A stretch of DNA of 63,588 nucleotides, the filler included, from Aduncisulcus paluster (lineage: Eukaryota), in the NCBI GenBank assembly GCA_024181965.1. It is 18 parts of 18 records of this genome, joined end to end, with 100 filler letters (N's around TTAATTAATTAA, not from the genome) between each part and the next. Parts side by side here need not be neighbours in the genome. Positions count along the whole stretch, not along the records: positions 11,608 to 13,378 come from BQXS01011986.1; positions 13,479 to 21,617 come from BQXS01011987.1; positions 21,718 to 28,953 come from BQXS01011988.1; 15 more parts are not named here. The stretch is one strand, 5' to 3'. Shown in pieces: positions 11,608 through 25,453 of this stretch. The notes beneath the pieces were generated by a model. That model searched no databases, was not told the DNA's origin, and was given only the letters and a program-made list of their open reading frames with translations. The position numbers were made by a program, and so were the translations under genes. The stretch's first letter is position 1. Each line of letters starts with the position of its first letter.

Positions 11608-13378
11608 CACAACCATCACATTCCAGTCTTGCTTTGAGTGAAGCAAAGTGTTTTGAGAGTGGCTTCAGGGATATCTCCCCATTCAAACATTTCAAAAGTT
11701 CAAGGAGGGAACTTAAACTTCCTGACTCCATTGAAACGCCACGAATAGAAGAAAGGTCCTGTGTTCCAGTGATCATAAAGATATTGTAAACAAAACTAAC
11801 GATCAGATTTAAATTCGCATATGTTATCTGCTCCTCTTCATTGCATATGGCTATAATAGCCGTTTTAATGAGTGGAACAAAGCTTGCGGCAATGTTTACC
11901 CTTGCAGGAATGTCTTTCTCAGAGCTCACAGGTGACAAGTCAAGGTAAGATAACATTGTTGTATTGAGATGTTCCATCATGTGTATAATATCCGACAAGG
12001 AAAACTCCCCATGCATGATGATTTGATCGAGTGATTTCAACGCGTTATACCGGATATTCATGATGTCTTGACTCATCATAGCATCCTTTTCAATATCTTT
12101 AATCACGACCTTGTTGACAGGAATGTGGTCTGGAGATAAACTGGAATAAGTTGCGTAATACGATGTCGATTTCTCAACACTCGTGGGGACAAGAATAGCA
12201 TTGATAAGCTCGACAAATGATTCAATGTGTAAAATCTGACGCTCGGGTTCGTATGAAAGAAATGCATTTTCATACCCACAAAGAATACTACCAACACATT
12301 CATCGGCAATCTGCTTATATCTCAGGAATGAACACCGATGTTTAAACATGTGGTCGAAAATAGACACGGAGATCTCAGATATGTTGTTCAGAATCTCAAC
12401 GTTATTCGCTGACTTGGAAATTATCGAAAGAAAATCATCAATCAAGGAATTTTTTTCATCCACATCAATGCCATATTTGATGATAAGAGGTCCAATCACC
12501 AAAGAAAACACATACGGGTTTGTCATTTGTTCATATATTCGACACTTCTGCACTCTCTCCATGATATCAGGAAAATGCAGGAGATTCCGAACAATCATGC
12601 AGAAAAAGAAGGATTCAAAATGGATATTACTATATAACCTGTCCAAACTGCTCATGTCAAGACATTTCATACAGCACAGTTTGATTTGCTTCAAAAATGA
12701 TTCCTCGTCACAACATACCTTTGGGAAGTATTTCATCGAGTAGAAGACAAGGGCAAAGACACTGTTCCCCTTTTGCTTTGGATGCATGTAATCGCTGGTG
12801 GAGAAAGAAAGATAGGATGTGAATCGAGCAATGGCATATTCGGGAATGTTAAATATCCCGTGTGAGGAATATCTGTCCTTATAGAGTGACAATATGACCA
12901 CCATTGCATAACAAAGATGCATCTCATCATCCCTTTCCTCGATGTCATCCCCAATAACAATGACATGTCCTTTCTCTGATCTATCCTCAGCCATGAATGG
13001 ATCATCCGAGGAAACACTGAAAAGCTCACTCGCTACATCTTTTCTCACGCATCTCAACGTTTTCCAGATGAAACTATCCGAGAATCTTTCAGCACGAGTC
13101 CCCATGGCTGTCTTGAAACCAGAGATAATCTTCTCCATGGATCTCTGATCAAGAGGGGACAAATACAGGAATCGACGGAACTTCTTTCCGGTTTGTGGAT
13201 TGAAAAATGAATTTACGATAAGATTTGATGCAGGACATGCATACACAAGGGAGGAAAGAAGGATAATCACAATGTAACAGAGGTCTTGAAATATCGAATC
13301 CTCAACCTTAAAGGCAGGAGAATCAAGCACATACAACAGTCCTAGTGTTGAAAGGTCAAAAACATCGCGAAGGGAATT
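11608..13378 (-). CDS. Hypothetical alpha-helical protein, internal fragment
   Basis: About 580-aa open frame spanning the contig; no recognised motif. Confidence 0.7.
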
Positions 13379-13478
13379 NNNNNNNNNNNNNNNNNNNNNN
13401 NNNNNNNNNNNNNNNNNNNNNNTTAATTAATTAANNNNNNNNNNNNNNNNNNNNNNNNNNNNNNNNNNNNNNNNNNNN

Positions 13479-14255
13479 GGCGTACTTGTCAACAATACTA
13501 TCACACTCAGCAACTAACCAACGAGGGAGGTAATCGGAACAGAATGTCTCGAAATAGGACAAGAACTCATCGAGGGACATGTCAGGAAGGAAGATGTCTT
13601 CAGCAAAATCAACAATATACTGGCAAATGGTGCATGTAAAGTCACTGTTGTCTTCTGGTTCCTCAAAAGTTCCATCGCAGAGACCCATGAGAGTGCAGAA
13701 AGTCTCGGGATCCTCTTCTTGTTGGAGCCATTGGTAAAGAGAAGGAGCGTACTCGTCAACAATGTTCAGGCACTGAGTGGTGATGAACTTGGGGAGACAC
13801 TCACAGAAACCATCGAAGAATTCCATGAACTCGTCGTAAGTCATGTCGGGAAGGAAGATCTCCTCAGCATACTTCACGATGGTCTCACAAGTGGAGCAAG
13901 TGGAATCTTTGATTGGAGGCTCAATTTCAATGGGCTCGAGGGAAGAACACATTCCAATTAAAGTACAAAGGTTTTCAGGCTGTTCTCCGTCTTGAAGTAA
14001 CTGGAATAAAACTGGAGCAAACACATCTACAATATACTCGCAGATAGGAGAGACAGATCCAGGTAAATCAACACACAAGGATTCTAAGAAATCAGTAAAT
14101 TGTTCAAGATCCCAATAAGGTACACATGTATCTTCAATTTGACTGACGATGGATTTACAAGTGGAACATCCAAGACCATTAGAAGGATCAGGAGTTTCAC
14201 ATAGAACCAAAGTTAAAGCTAATACAAAAAATAAAACAAAAGATAATTGTTTCAT
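13479..14255 (-). CDS. Prosaposin-like protein with at least 3 saposin B domains, 3' partial
   Basis: Signal peptide MKQLSFVLFFVLALTLVLC; repeated CxxC..C..LP..C..IVD.YAP...PE..CTL.G.C six-cysteine pattern. Confidence 0.9.
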
Positions 14256-14513
14256 TATGTATATGTGATCAAATCTACTTTTGCCCACATTGATCCTTTG
14301 CTCTAAACATCTGATAAAAATATATAAAAATGCAAATAATAAACCGCATTCTTACAATTCAGAGATATCGGAACATAATTTTATTCTTTTTTATGTATAT
14401 GGACCAATCATGGAAAGCAAAGGCTTGGGAAAATCCAAGAAAATTCAGATATTTTTGCTGAATTCAGTCATTTATAGATATAAAAAAATTTATTTCAGAA
14501 TGGGTTCGGCGAT

Positions 14514-16213
14514 TTATTTGTATTTTCGCCTCTTGACAGTTTTCTCAGCTCTTTCGCGCATTCTCCGAAGACAAGTAGCAGATGTACTACGAGATTGCTT
14601 TGGTTTTGTTCTTTTAACAGTGATATCCATCTTTTTTGGATTTTCTCTCTTTACACTGATGAAAGCCTGACCACCTTTCACAAATACATTAGTAAAATCA
14701 GTATCAGGAATTACAAGAGAAGCAGAGTCTTCATCGTGAGAAAACACAACTTTGGGTGGCTGAGTCATATCAATGTATTGCGGAGNNNNNNNNNNNNNNN
14801 NNNNNGTTTTGTTCTTTTAACAGTGATATCCATCTTTTTTGGATTTTCTCTCTTTACACTGATGAAAGCCTGACCACCTTTCACAAATACATTAGTAAAA
14901 TCAGTATCAGGAATTACAAGAGAAGCAGAGTCTTCATCGTGAGAAAACACAACTTTGGGTGGCTGAGTCATATCAATGTATTGCGGAGGAACAGCTACAA
15001 CACGTTTCTTCCTTCCAACACTTTTCGACCGTCTAGAACCTGATTTTTTACCCCTTTTCGCCGGTTTATGCCGTTGCTGTTGCAAAATAAGAGCTGCAGT
15101 CGAAACAGAATCGTCATAATCAATGCGAGATTGTGGGAATTCATGTTGAATGGATGATCTTTGGGGTGGGAGAATTGATGCTCTGGTACCAGAAAGATCT
15201 TGAATATCGATGGATTCAGTTGAAATAGATTGCCGGAATGGGGTGGAAAGAGGGAATATTGAATGATGAGTGGGCATTATTGATGAAGAAGATGGAATTT
15301 GTTGATCAGATGAACGTTTTATATGAGTGCTATCATCCTCTCGTCTTGTCTGGTAGACCGGTTCAAGGCGATGAACTCCAGATTTATCACGGCTGACACT
15401 GCTCTTATCATAATAATATCTGTCTATTTTATCATCAATTGCCTGTTGATCTTCAGATTTTTCTTCACTCACACTTTCCTTCTCTTTATCTTCTTTCTCT
15501 TTGACAACAGTGTCCAATGATATTGATGATGGCTTAATCATCAATGATTGTGATGAAGGCTTCATCAACTGGTGGAGATGGAATGTATCAGATAATTGTC
15601 TTGATTGTGGAAGAGTTGGGGTCGAAGGAGCAGCAACATCCTGGTTGTCGATCTGTTGTTCACGTTGTTCCAATTGTTGTCCATTCGTAGATATTCCTTG
15701 TGTATGGGTTGGATGAACTGGTGGTATTTCTGAAGTCATGTGTCTCTGAGTTACTTCGTCTCTTTTCTTCTCTCCCTCAAACATTTCTCCTTCTGGTTGT
15801 CCATGATATCTAGAAAGTGGAGAATGTGATGAATATGACATATGTTGAGTCAGTTGATGCGGAGAGAAAGGAACTAACATTGGATGGTGGATGGAAGCTT
15901 GTGTCTTCTGAAGAATCGAATGCTGTACAAGAGGGGCGATATGAGAAGAGTCAATCACAAGGGGAGATCTAGATTGAGACATGGAGACAGGCTCAGGTTT
16001 GAAGGGTCCACCAGAAGCAACAGACAATTCGAAGGATCCTTCTTCACGATTATGACGAAGCTTTGACATTCGAGTTATAACTGGAGATTGTGGGTTAGAT
16101 TCTACCATTTTTTGAATCAAATCTTTGGCATCACACGAAGAATTCCTTTTTCTCATAGAAAAGAAATCTTCGGCCCTCCATATCGATTTTTGTATTTGTA
16201 TTGTATTTGGCAT
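14514..16213 (-). CDS. Hypothetical disordered S/Q/P/H-rich protein with basic C-terminus
   Basis: ORFs 14765-16213 and 14514-14768 become one frame once the sequence duplicated across the N20 gap (14786-14805) is collapsed. Confidence 0.7.
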
Positions 16214-16502
16214 TGTATAATAATTAATAAAAATATGTTAAAATATGGCAGTCCTGCAAAAAATGAAAAAAAATTTGGAAAAAATTAAAATAATGAAATC
16301 AAATTGATAATATAAGTTTACTTTCACCATTTCAACATTAATGCCACATATTATGCAATAATTAGTTGAATAATAGCGTATATATATTGATAATTATCCT
16401 CCACAGACAAATTTGTGAAAATATCATGAAATCGAATATCTATAAGACAATTTATCCCAGAAGATGAACATTTAAATCAGACATTGTCAAAATAAGCATG
16501 GA

Positions 16503-16766
16503 TTATTCAATAGGAGCAGGATCTAATTTCTGAATATACAGAACATTATTACACCGAATTAGCACATCTCCAAGATCATCCAATCTAACATCTTTCTTAT
16601 ATTCGGCACATCTAGCCAATAATATATTGAGTCGACCATCCACAGCCTTTAGAATACCTTTATATTCATCACCCCATTTCAATCGGATACACACATAATG
16701 ATCGATTAGCCGTGATAAAAATTGTTTTGTACTGTAGTCTTTAAAGTCGTATGACTTTGTTGACAT
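16503..16766 (-). CDS. SNRPF: Small nuclear ribonucleoprotein SmF
   Basis: FL..L....V.IRLKWGDEYKGILKAVDG.LN..L...EY....LGDVLIRCNNVLYI; KWG and IRCNNVLYI are typical of SmF. ATG at 16766 preferred over 16826. Confidence 0.9.
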   Translation of the reverse strand: MSTKSYDFKDYSTKQFLSRLIDHYVCIRLKWGDEYKGILKAVDGRLNILLARCAEYKKDVRLDDLGDVLIRCNNVLYIQKLDPAPIE

Positions 16767-16988
16767 CGTAAATAATTTATGGAGAGGCCAAAATGGATTG
16801 GGAATCTCGATGATGGGGTAACTCATATTTTAATAAAGAGAAATGTCGATAATTGTAATCTAATTTGAATGGTTATGCGAATATCTCTTTCTAATTCGCT
16901 TGATATTTCGAATGTATTGTTCTCACTTTTGAATCTCGTTTTTGGCCACAATAGAAAGGCATATAAATATTCAAGAGAGAGAAATCAA

Positions 16989-17452
16989 ATGTCTCGGTTG
17001 GTATGTGATTACAGATGTCTTATTAATGTTTGCAACATTTTATTTTCGAATGATTTATAACAAGATTGGTTTCGTAGCTCAAAAAGGAGGAAGAAGTTGA
17101 TGTTGAAGTTTTGAACGAAGATCAACAAAAGATTAACAGGTTTAGTATCCTTGTGGATAAATATTTTAGGCTTAAAGAAGAGATTGAAAAGCTTTCTGGA
17201 CGAATTGAAACATATAAAACCGCCGCCGATGAATTGATGATAGCTGACGGAGATGTATACTTCGTCGTTGGTCAATCATTCGTCCAAGACGAAGATGCCG
17301 AAGAACTCTTGGAAGAAGCCATTGGAGATTTGCAGAAGAAATTTGAGGGTAAAAACGACGAAATAGCCGAGGTTAAATCCGAAATGGCATCTCTCAAGAG
17401 TATTCTAAAAGGAAAATTCGGAGCTTCAATTGGGTTAGATTTTGATGAATAA
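16989..17452 (+). CDS. PFDN4: Prefoldin subunit 4
   Basis: Exon 1 MSRL, phase-0 intron 17001-17077 (GTATGT..TAG), then VEV..EDQQKINRFS...M..LK..L.GKFG.SI.L. Confidence 0.9.
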
Positions 17453-17622
17453 AAATGATGCATGAGATCGATCTCTTCTGTCGTATTGAAACGTGAATTT
17501 ATCTGAAACCATGGACTCAAAAAGGTATTTAATTGCTGTTTTAGATTAAATAACGTCGCTTTAGTTTTGTTGATGGCAATAAATGAAACATTCCGGCGAA
17601 TATTGTTATTTCTTCGGAATCA

Positions 17623-20600
17623 ATGTGTGACGATGACATTACAGTTCTTAAAAGTGTTTTAAAAACAAGTTATATTAACTTTTTGGACATTTCAATATCG
17701 AATATAGAAACAAATATCATATATGGTTGGATTGATCGAATTCCATTGAAATTGAAACCAATATGCACTGAAAAATACATAGAATTTTTATCCATGCCAT
17801 CAGTCCAATCGCTTTTAGATGATGCGATAGATACTACACAATCTCAACAACATTTATGTAATTTTTATGGATTATGTCCAGTTTTAAACAATTTTGACCA
17901 TAGATCTCATATTACTCGTTCTAGTTGTAATATGAGTCTCTCACAATGCCAAGTACATCCCCTATTAAAGCATATATTTTCTCCCTATCGACAATATACT
18001 TCCAAACCTCAGTCCTATCGTGATTCAAAGCCTAAAACACAATTATTTGGATCATCTTCTGAATTTAGGAATTCCTTACAACCAGAAGAGGAATTTAAAT
18101 GTCTAATTTTCCATGTAGAGGAGTGGATAGAACATCGAGATTTTTATACTCTGATTGAATCGTGTCGCCTTTCTCTATCCGAGCGATTTGTTTTAACCCG
18201 GAGTCTGATTGAATGTGTTCAATTTCTTCATGCCCATTGCATTTTTCATTGTTCGTTTGATATACATTCGTGTTTATTGTGTTTTTCAGGAGTCACTAAG
18301 CTTGGTAATCTTTTTTATATGCCGATTTTGACTGAATTGTGTACATATTGGGAGCAGAAAAGGAAGAGGATAGCAGCCAAGCAACGTGAGCGTGAAGAAC
18401 ATCTTCTAGTATCTTCTTCTTCTTCTCCGATTCCAATGCGTTATTCAAGGGATTCAAGGGTTGTTATTCACGATGACATCGCTGAGATATGTAGAATGTA
18501 CCATGAATCTGCAAGTATTAGTAACCCGAACTCTTTATTTCCACTCTATACTCTGCTTCATTCATATTTCCCTATGGAGNNNNNNNNNNNNNNNNNNNNA
18601 ACATCTTCTAGTATCTTCTTCTTCTTCTCCGATTCCAATGCGTTATTCAAGGGATTCAAGGGTTGTTATTCACGATGACATCGCTGAGATATGTAGAATG
18701 TACCATGAATCTGCAAGTATTAGTAACCCGAACTCTTTATTTCCACTCTATACTCTGCTTCATTCATATTTCCCTATGGAGAATAGTCATCTTGATGATA
18801 CCCATTCTTCTATGACTCATCGATCTGTAACTCCTCACACTGATCTATTTTTAGACCAATATTCAACTTATTCCTCATCCTTCTCTTCTTCCTCTTCTTC
18901 CTCTTCACATGAGGAATATTCTTTGATGTTGTTCTTTGTTACGTGTGCAGAAATATTGGCCAAACGACCCCAGTTTAGAATCCCAAGGTCTAAATTTAGA
19001 AATCGGTCTTTCATGGCATCAGTGTCCGTGTACGAGGAATTATCTAAATTTAGATCTTCTTGTCTCTCACTTTCTGTTGATATTCCAGGAGAAATTTCTC
19101 TTCTTTTGCATGATTGTCTTACACGTTGTATTGTTTCAGCCAGTAATCGAATCAAAAGAAAGAAAGAGAAAAAGTCCAAGGATTTGAGAAGAGAAGAAAG
19201 AAAAGAAAGAGGAGGAGAAAGAGATGAGAGAGTTCTAAAAATAGAAGATGTCGGTAGAGATGATATCCATGGGAAAATACAAAGAAAAAGAAGGAAAGAA
19301 TATTTTCTGACTTCAAGAAAGAAAAATGCAAAAGATCATTCTTCTTCTTCTTGTTCAACGGTATATCTAAGATCGAAGGACATTCTTCCACATTTCCTTG
19401 TTGATTGTGAACGATATATAGCTGCTGAGAGTTTTGATGCGGGATTTATTTCTCTCTCTTCTATTTTTAGAACATTAGGTCGTAAAATGCGCAATGGTCG
19501 TTTATCTCATCCGTGGTCCCTTAATCGTGAACGAATCATGCATTCTGATGAGTTAATTTCATGTCCAACAACTTCATCATTTCCAAGTTCTCATCGCAAA
19601 CAATATAAACAAGAAACTAAGAACAAAATGATTGACAGTATCAGCGAACTACAGACAGATAAAGATACATCAAAGTTCAAGGAAAAAGAATTATTTCCTT
19701 TTAAAAGTGAAGAGAAGAATGAGAAGAAGAAAGAGAAGAAGATGGACACAGCTGTACAAGAGTTTAAAAGAGATTCCCAAGAATGGTCAATGTGGATGCA
19801 ACTTACAGATATCATGAATGAGGGTGGTCTGGACCTTGATTGTTCATACACTGGCACTGATACCGCTGGCACTGATACCGCTGGTACTGATGGCACTGAT
19901 GGTCATAGTGTTCCTCAAAGAGATACAAAAGTTCCTCATAGAGGTACAAAAGAACATGAAGGCTGTGGTATTACAAGAGAACCACAAAAAGTCAGAGATA
20001 GTGATATAAAAATGTTTGAAATGAAAGATATTGAGTCCAAAGCTCCATCTCCTCCTTTATCTGGTGATATAATTCGTGGTAAACAGGGTGGATTGTATTT
20101 CATTGAAGCCAGTTGTGAAGGGTTATTTTTGTTCAGGTTATCAGAAATGTTACAAATGCAATCAAATACTTCTTCTCCGTCAACTCTCTCATCTATCATA
20201 TTATCTGGAGATAAAATAGACGAGAGTATAACATTAGCTCCAGATCATTGTGATCTCAAACATTACGTCACTCGCATTCTATCTCCTCTTTTCGCTACTC
20301 CCGGCATCTATGTTGATGATTCGTTAATCAACGGTTGTCAAACGACTTCAAGTCAAACGAGTTCAAGTCAAGGAATGTCAAGTCAAGGAATGTCAAGCAG
20401 TCAAACAAGTTCAAGTCCAGGTTATTTACCGGCAGAAGAAGGAAAAGGGACAAGAGAACATGAACATGATGGAAGAGGGGAAGCATCAGCAACTAAGGTA
20501 GCACCTATATCTTTAACAAAGAGTACTACTAGTACATCTGGCTCTCAAATATTATATACCACTGATGATGCGACCAATATCTATAATTATATCCCTCCTT

Positions 20601-21617
20601 CTCAATCTACGAATAACCAACGAGATACCTTCACATTATCAACATCTCCTGTGTTCTCACAAAGCCCTGTGTTCCTTCAGAGAGTGTGGGTTTGGGCAGC
20701 TGGAAGAGTATGGAGACTCATGATCTGGGAAGAATCTGGTCTGGATACTTCTTTGGGCGATGAGAGAGCTTATTCATGTGATGCCAGTGCTAGGAGTTCA
20801 AGTACAAGCCGCGATGAGTCTTTTAGTGCTGATGATTCTTCTTGTTACGAACATAATAATCATGATGATAATGATGATTTATTTCACGATAAAGATCATA
20901 TATTTGGAGAGAAGAGGAAAAGAGAGAGGAGAGAAAGGAGAGAAACGAGAGAGAGAAGAGAAAGGAAGGAAGATATGGAACATAAGGAATGTGATGAAGA
21001 TAGAGAATATATTGAAGATAATAATAACATTAGCGAAGAAGGAAGTGAAAGAGAAGAGGCCGATTATGTTCTTGATGATGCTGGAAAAGAACAAGAACAA
21101 GCTTTTGGACAAGATCTTGGGCACGAACACGAACATGGGTATGAACACGAACACTTAGCAACAGAAGGAGAAGAGGCATCAGAAGAAGAAGAAAGAGAAT
21201 CCGAAGAACTTGGAATTGGATACCAATATGCTCATGTTTCATCCAATCTCGTGTCTAATCTCCATGATGATATAAGTTTCATTGAAGGTTGTGCCAAGTT
21301 AATGGTAAAGTCAAAGAAAGGCAAGAAGATAATCAAAAGGAGTATGAAATCAACAAAGAGTATGGAAACTAAGACATCTTCTTATGGCCAAGATCATACA
21401 TACTCACATTTTGATGCAGCAAGAGGAAGTGAATATATAAATATAAAAGATATCGTTTCTGATGACTATGACCAAGAAAAGCAAGAGCCAGAACATTCAG
21501 AAGACCATTCAGAAGAACATTCAGAAGATCATTCAGATATATATGACATAAATGATACGATGGAGCTTCTTATGGATGGCACTGCAGCGATGAATGACAT
21601 TGATAGACTATTGATTG
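17623..21617 (+). CDS. Large low-complexity protein with N-terminal degenerate kinase-like segment, 3' partial
   Basis: ORFs 17623 and 18461 join after collapsing the duplication at the N20 gap (18580-18599). LIECVQFLHAHCIFHCSF...LL...GVTKLGN resembles kinase subdomains VIa-VII without HRD/DFG. Confidence 0.65.
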
Positions 21618-21717
21618 NNNNNNNNNNNNNNNNNNNNNNNNNNNNNNNNNNNNNNNNNNNNTTAATTAATTAANNNNNNNNNNNNNNNNNNNNNNNNNNN
21701 NNNNNNNNNNNNNNNNN

Positions 21718-22175
21718 CAAGCACTTCCAACGGCATTGACAACACAGTCCGTACCACCAGGACAGTCTTGACACTCCCAAATTGACCCATCGTTATACGT
21801 TCCTGTTAAACAAGCACTTCCAACGGCATCGATAACACAGTCCGTACCACCAGGACAGTCTTGACACTCCCAAATTGACCCATCATTGTACGTTCCTGTT
21901 AAACAAGCACTTCCAACAGCATTGACAACACAGTCCGTACCACCAGGACAGTTAATACAAGAAGTTTGACCGGTGGAAGGTTGATACATTCCTGGGTCAC
22001 AAGAAGAACATGCATCAGCTTGTGTTGTCTGATCCGCAGCTATTCCGTATGTACCAATGGGACAAGGTATTGTATCATCGACTGTTGGACAATAGAAACC
22101 AATAGAACACGTATTTGCATAAATAAATGAAAAAAATGAAAGTAATAAAACTAATATATATAATTCACATTTCAT
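21718..22175 (-). CDS. Secreted/surface Cys-rich repeat protein (GCC2/GCC3-like), 3' partial
   Basis: Signal peptide; CPIGTY, CDPGMYQPSTGQTSCINCPGG; near-identical 87-nt (29-aa) tandem repeats. Confidence 0.85.
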
Positions 22176-24924
22176 TGATAAAATATTATTTGTAGAATGG
22201 CCGACAATGCTTTTTTTTTGCTTGGATGAACTTCAAATCTATATTTTCAGGATAAAGCAATAATTATTTTTTATTGTTATAATTTTTTTTTCTCCACGAT
22301 TTTAATTGATATTTTTGTGAAGGATTCTGCCAGTATAGATGAATCTCGGATTATTTTGTTACGTATACAATATTATTTCAAGTAATTACCTCCAAATGAA
22401 TAACCGTTGATCTTTATTAACTGAAATATTCAATTCTAAACATCAGAATACGATGTTTTATGCTCCTTCTTGATCGAATTTCGTGTCAAAAAACATCTTG
22501 TGGAGCAAATGGCATGTTTTTATTGATTTGATTCCTCTCTTTATACTGTGTCATTCATAACATCTTCATTTGTACAACCTCTTAAGAATATTTTCCCCAA
22601 TATTCCTGGAATATCATGATAAAAACGGGGCTTACAGTCATTGCAACTCGATGTCCATGCTATTATTTCCCCCTTCGAATGCTTGTTGCTGTTTGTTATT
22701 GTTTGTTGTTGTGTGTCAATGATATCGTTTGTTATTTGCCATACTACTCGCTAAAATACTGCTACAAATTTAAAACACTCAACTTTCTGGTTCTGTTCGT
22801 TGCTCCTGGTTTCCACCCATTGTCTCTGAAAATAATTGAGAAAATGATACAACTTGGCATACCTGCCCCTCGCTTTACTCATTTGAATCTCGAATAACGC
22901 ATCAATAACACCAATAACATCAATAACATCAATGTTATTCCCCAATCTATGTGTCACATCATCTTATTCTTGGATGATGATTCTCGATTCGTGATCTTTC
23001 CTTTCTTCTGTCAAATCCAAGCTTTTCTCTTCTCTCTCTCTCTCTGAACAGTTCAAACAACATAAGAAGAGAACTTGATCTGCCCAATGAACTTGATTCT
23101 TTTTATTTTCTGCCAATCTATGAGTAAAATCCCCCCCTTTTACCCCCATCCGTGGGGGTCCCCCCTGTACGGTGGTTGCACTGTACATTTCTTTATTATA
23201 TTTTTTTCCCAAAAAAACAAACAAAAAAAAAAAAAAAAAAATACACAAACTTTCCACCGGCGGTGGCTGAGAAAAGTGGGGGAACCTCTATCGAAAAAAT
23301 ATTTGATATTTGCATTCTTTATTGATTTGTAGCGGATATGGTATTTTATATTGATCTGGTATTGAACCTTGCTTCCAGTCGTCTTCGTTGAATGATCCGA
23401 TGTCGTTGTGCAAGAAAAAGTATTTTAAGGCCAAAAATTTCGTTTAATTTTAGTACTATATTGATGGAAACTCATCAACTGTGTGTGGATCTGTGATGTG
23501 CAATATATTCATGGTCTTTTCTAATACAATAGAATAGTTCCACCAGAACCTGATCAGTGACAGACAGTGCTCTCCTTGCTGCATGGACACAGGGGAAAGT
23601 ATTGCAATGGTATGAACCTCTACCAAAAAAATATTATATCTTATCCGATTTGGTTTGTTTTATTTTTACTTGATGTTATATTGACGGATCTGTGTATATG
23701 TGCATATATCCATGTCATGTACCTTTGATACTGAATGCGAGAGTAATGAATCGTCTGTCACTTCTGAGATATTGCTGATTATGGCTCTATTGGAACATCC
23801 TCAAGAAACGTCTATGTCCACAGTTTGGTAAGAGCTTCTTCTTGATTCTTGGAACCTAGGTCCTTCCATTCTTGAAAACCAGACCAATATAATAGGTTCT
23901 CTAACCCCAGTGCCCTTCATCGAATCTATACTGATGAACTCAATGGAAGCCATCGAACTGTCATATTGGAGCCCATTGTATATCCAGAACTTTCTTCTCT
24001 TCACTCCTTTCCTTCTCTTCTTCCTTCCTTCTTCGTTATCTTTCTCACCTTCTTGCTTAGTTTTTATGATACTTTCATTTTATGTAACCTTAATAAATCC
24101 CACCACGCCCTATGATGCCAATCAATATTTGGACTTTTGGCATTGCCCTGTGGTGGGGTTTAATAGTTAACTAGAAAGAAAGAAATCTGAGGAGATATAG
24201 ATTCTTCAGTCTCCATTTCTCTTCTTTTTCTTCTTCTTCTTCTTCGAGAAGTACCTGAACTGGAGTCTCATCATAAGTTTGAATCTCTCCATGGGAAAGT
24301 TCAGAGTTTCTTCAGATTCATCCTCAACACCATCTGTAACAGATTCTTCATCATCTTCTTCTTCGCTTAGTTCTTTGTTTTCTCTCAAACTATAACGCTC
24401 AGCAGAAATAACTGCTTTCAACCCTTCAAACCGAGCCGACTATACTCTTTCTTTACCATTTCATCTGTTGGAGCTCTTCGTTTTCCATCTTCAGCAAAGA
24501 TCAAATCATCTGAAGTTATGGCTCTCCTAATCGCTACGAACCCTTTTTGAGATAGATTGCGTGTTACAACGAGAGAAAGAAGACACTGTCCGAGAGCAGA
24601 AAGACGCAGAGATTGGGATTCTAGAAGGGATGAGGAAGGCACAATCGTCGGAGAAAATTCGGAACGTGAGCGGAATAGGGTAACGGGGAAGCAGTATTTT
24701 TCGGAAAAACTCGACTTTGCTCCTTGAATAAGCAGTGGAAGCCGATAAAACCACAGCCATATGGCGAGAAGATTGGATGATAGAACCGGTGACAAATGGA
24801 GCCTGGACCTCGTGAGTTTGAATCTGATCACAAAGTATGATTCCCTGCGGATGATCAGCGATGATAAGATTGTTCGGTCACAATCATATTTTTCCGCACA
24901 ACACCTTATTTATTTATTTTTTTT

Positions 24925-24993
24925 TTTTTTGCTAACATTTGCATAATCCTCAATTTTTTAAGGTAGTTGACCTTCTTTGTTTTCCTTTTCTTC
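24925..24993 (-). mobile_element. Short remnant of the Fanzor/TnpB-like family
   Basis: Translates to KKRKTKKVNYLKKLRIMQMLAKK, colinear with KRKRRKANYLKKLHIVQKLANK at about 49625-49690. Confidence 0.6.
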
Positions 24994-25092
24994 AATTGAA
25001 AGTACCCTATAGGTTTCAGTGGGGTAGTCTCCTTGGATTTCTGCAACATAGAATTCCTTCCGATCAGTTGGGGCATTTTTTGTGAGGGTGGT

Positions 25093-25325
25093 CTAATATA
25101 TAGGAGTACCTAGTCTTCCCAGACTGTCTAAAGTGCTCTTCTCCTTCGCTAATCCTTCCTTGAAACACGCATGACACATGAAGGAAGAGCAGTTCTTGCA
25201 TTTATGCACGGCGTAAGCATTCTCACCTGAAGTATCAAAACTTTCCAAGCAAATGGCACAGTCGCGTCCAGTAAGTTCACAGGGGAACAAGTAAGGGCGG
25301 TATTGAGAAGGAGTAGGGAACATAT
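25093..25325 (-). pseudogene. Orphan exon encoding an incomplete RING-like zinc finger
   Basis: CAIC..CKNC..MCHAC preceded by ACTAAC...TTTTAG acceptor; last Cys pair absent; flanked by TE fragments. Confidence 0.45.
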
Positions 25326-25453
25326 CTAAAACAATATAAGTAAGTTAGTGTTAAAAAATGAAAAAAATTTGTGGCTACAATGTTTGCCCTCAGCGAGTCT
25401 TCACAACCTTCCTTATTTGGAAAGGTGGCACGTGAGCAGGCCCGTCTGTAAGA

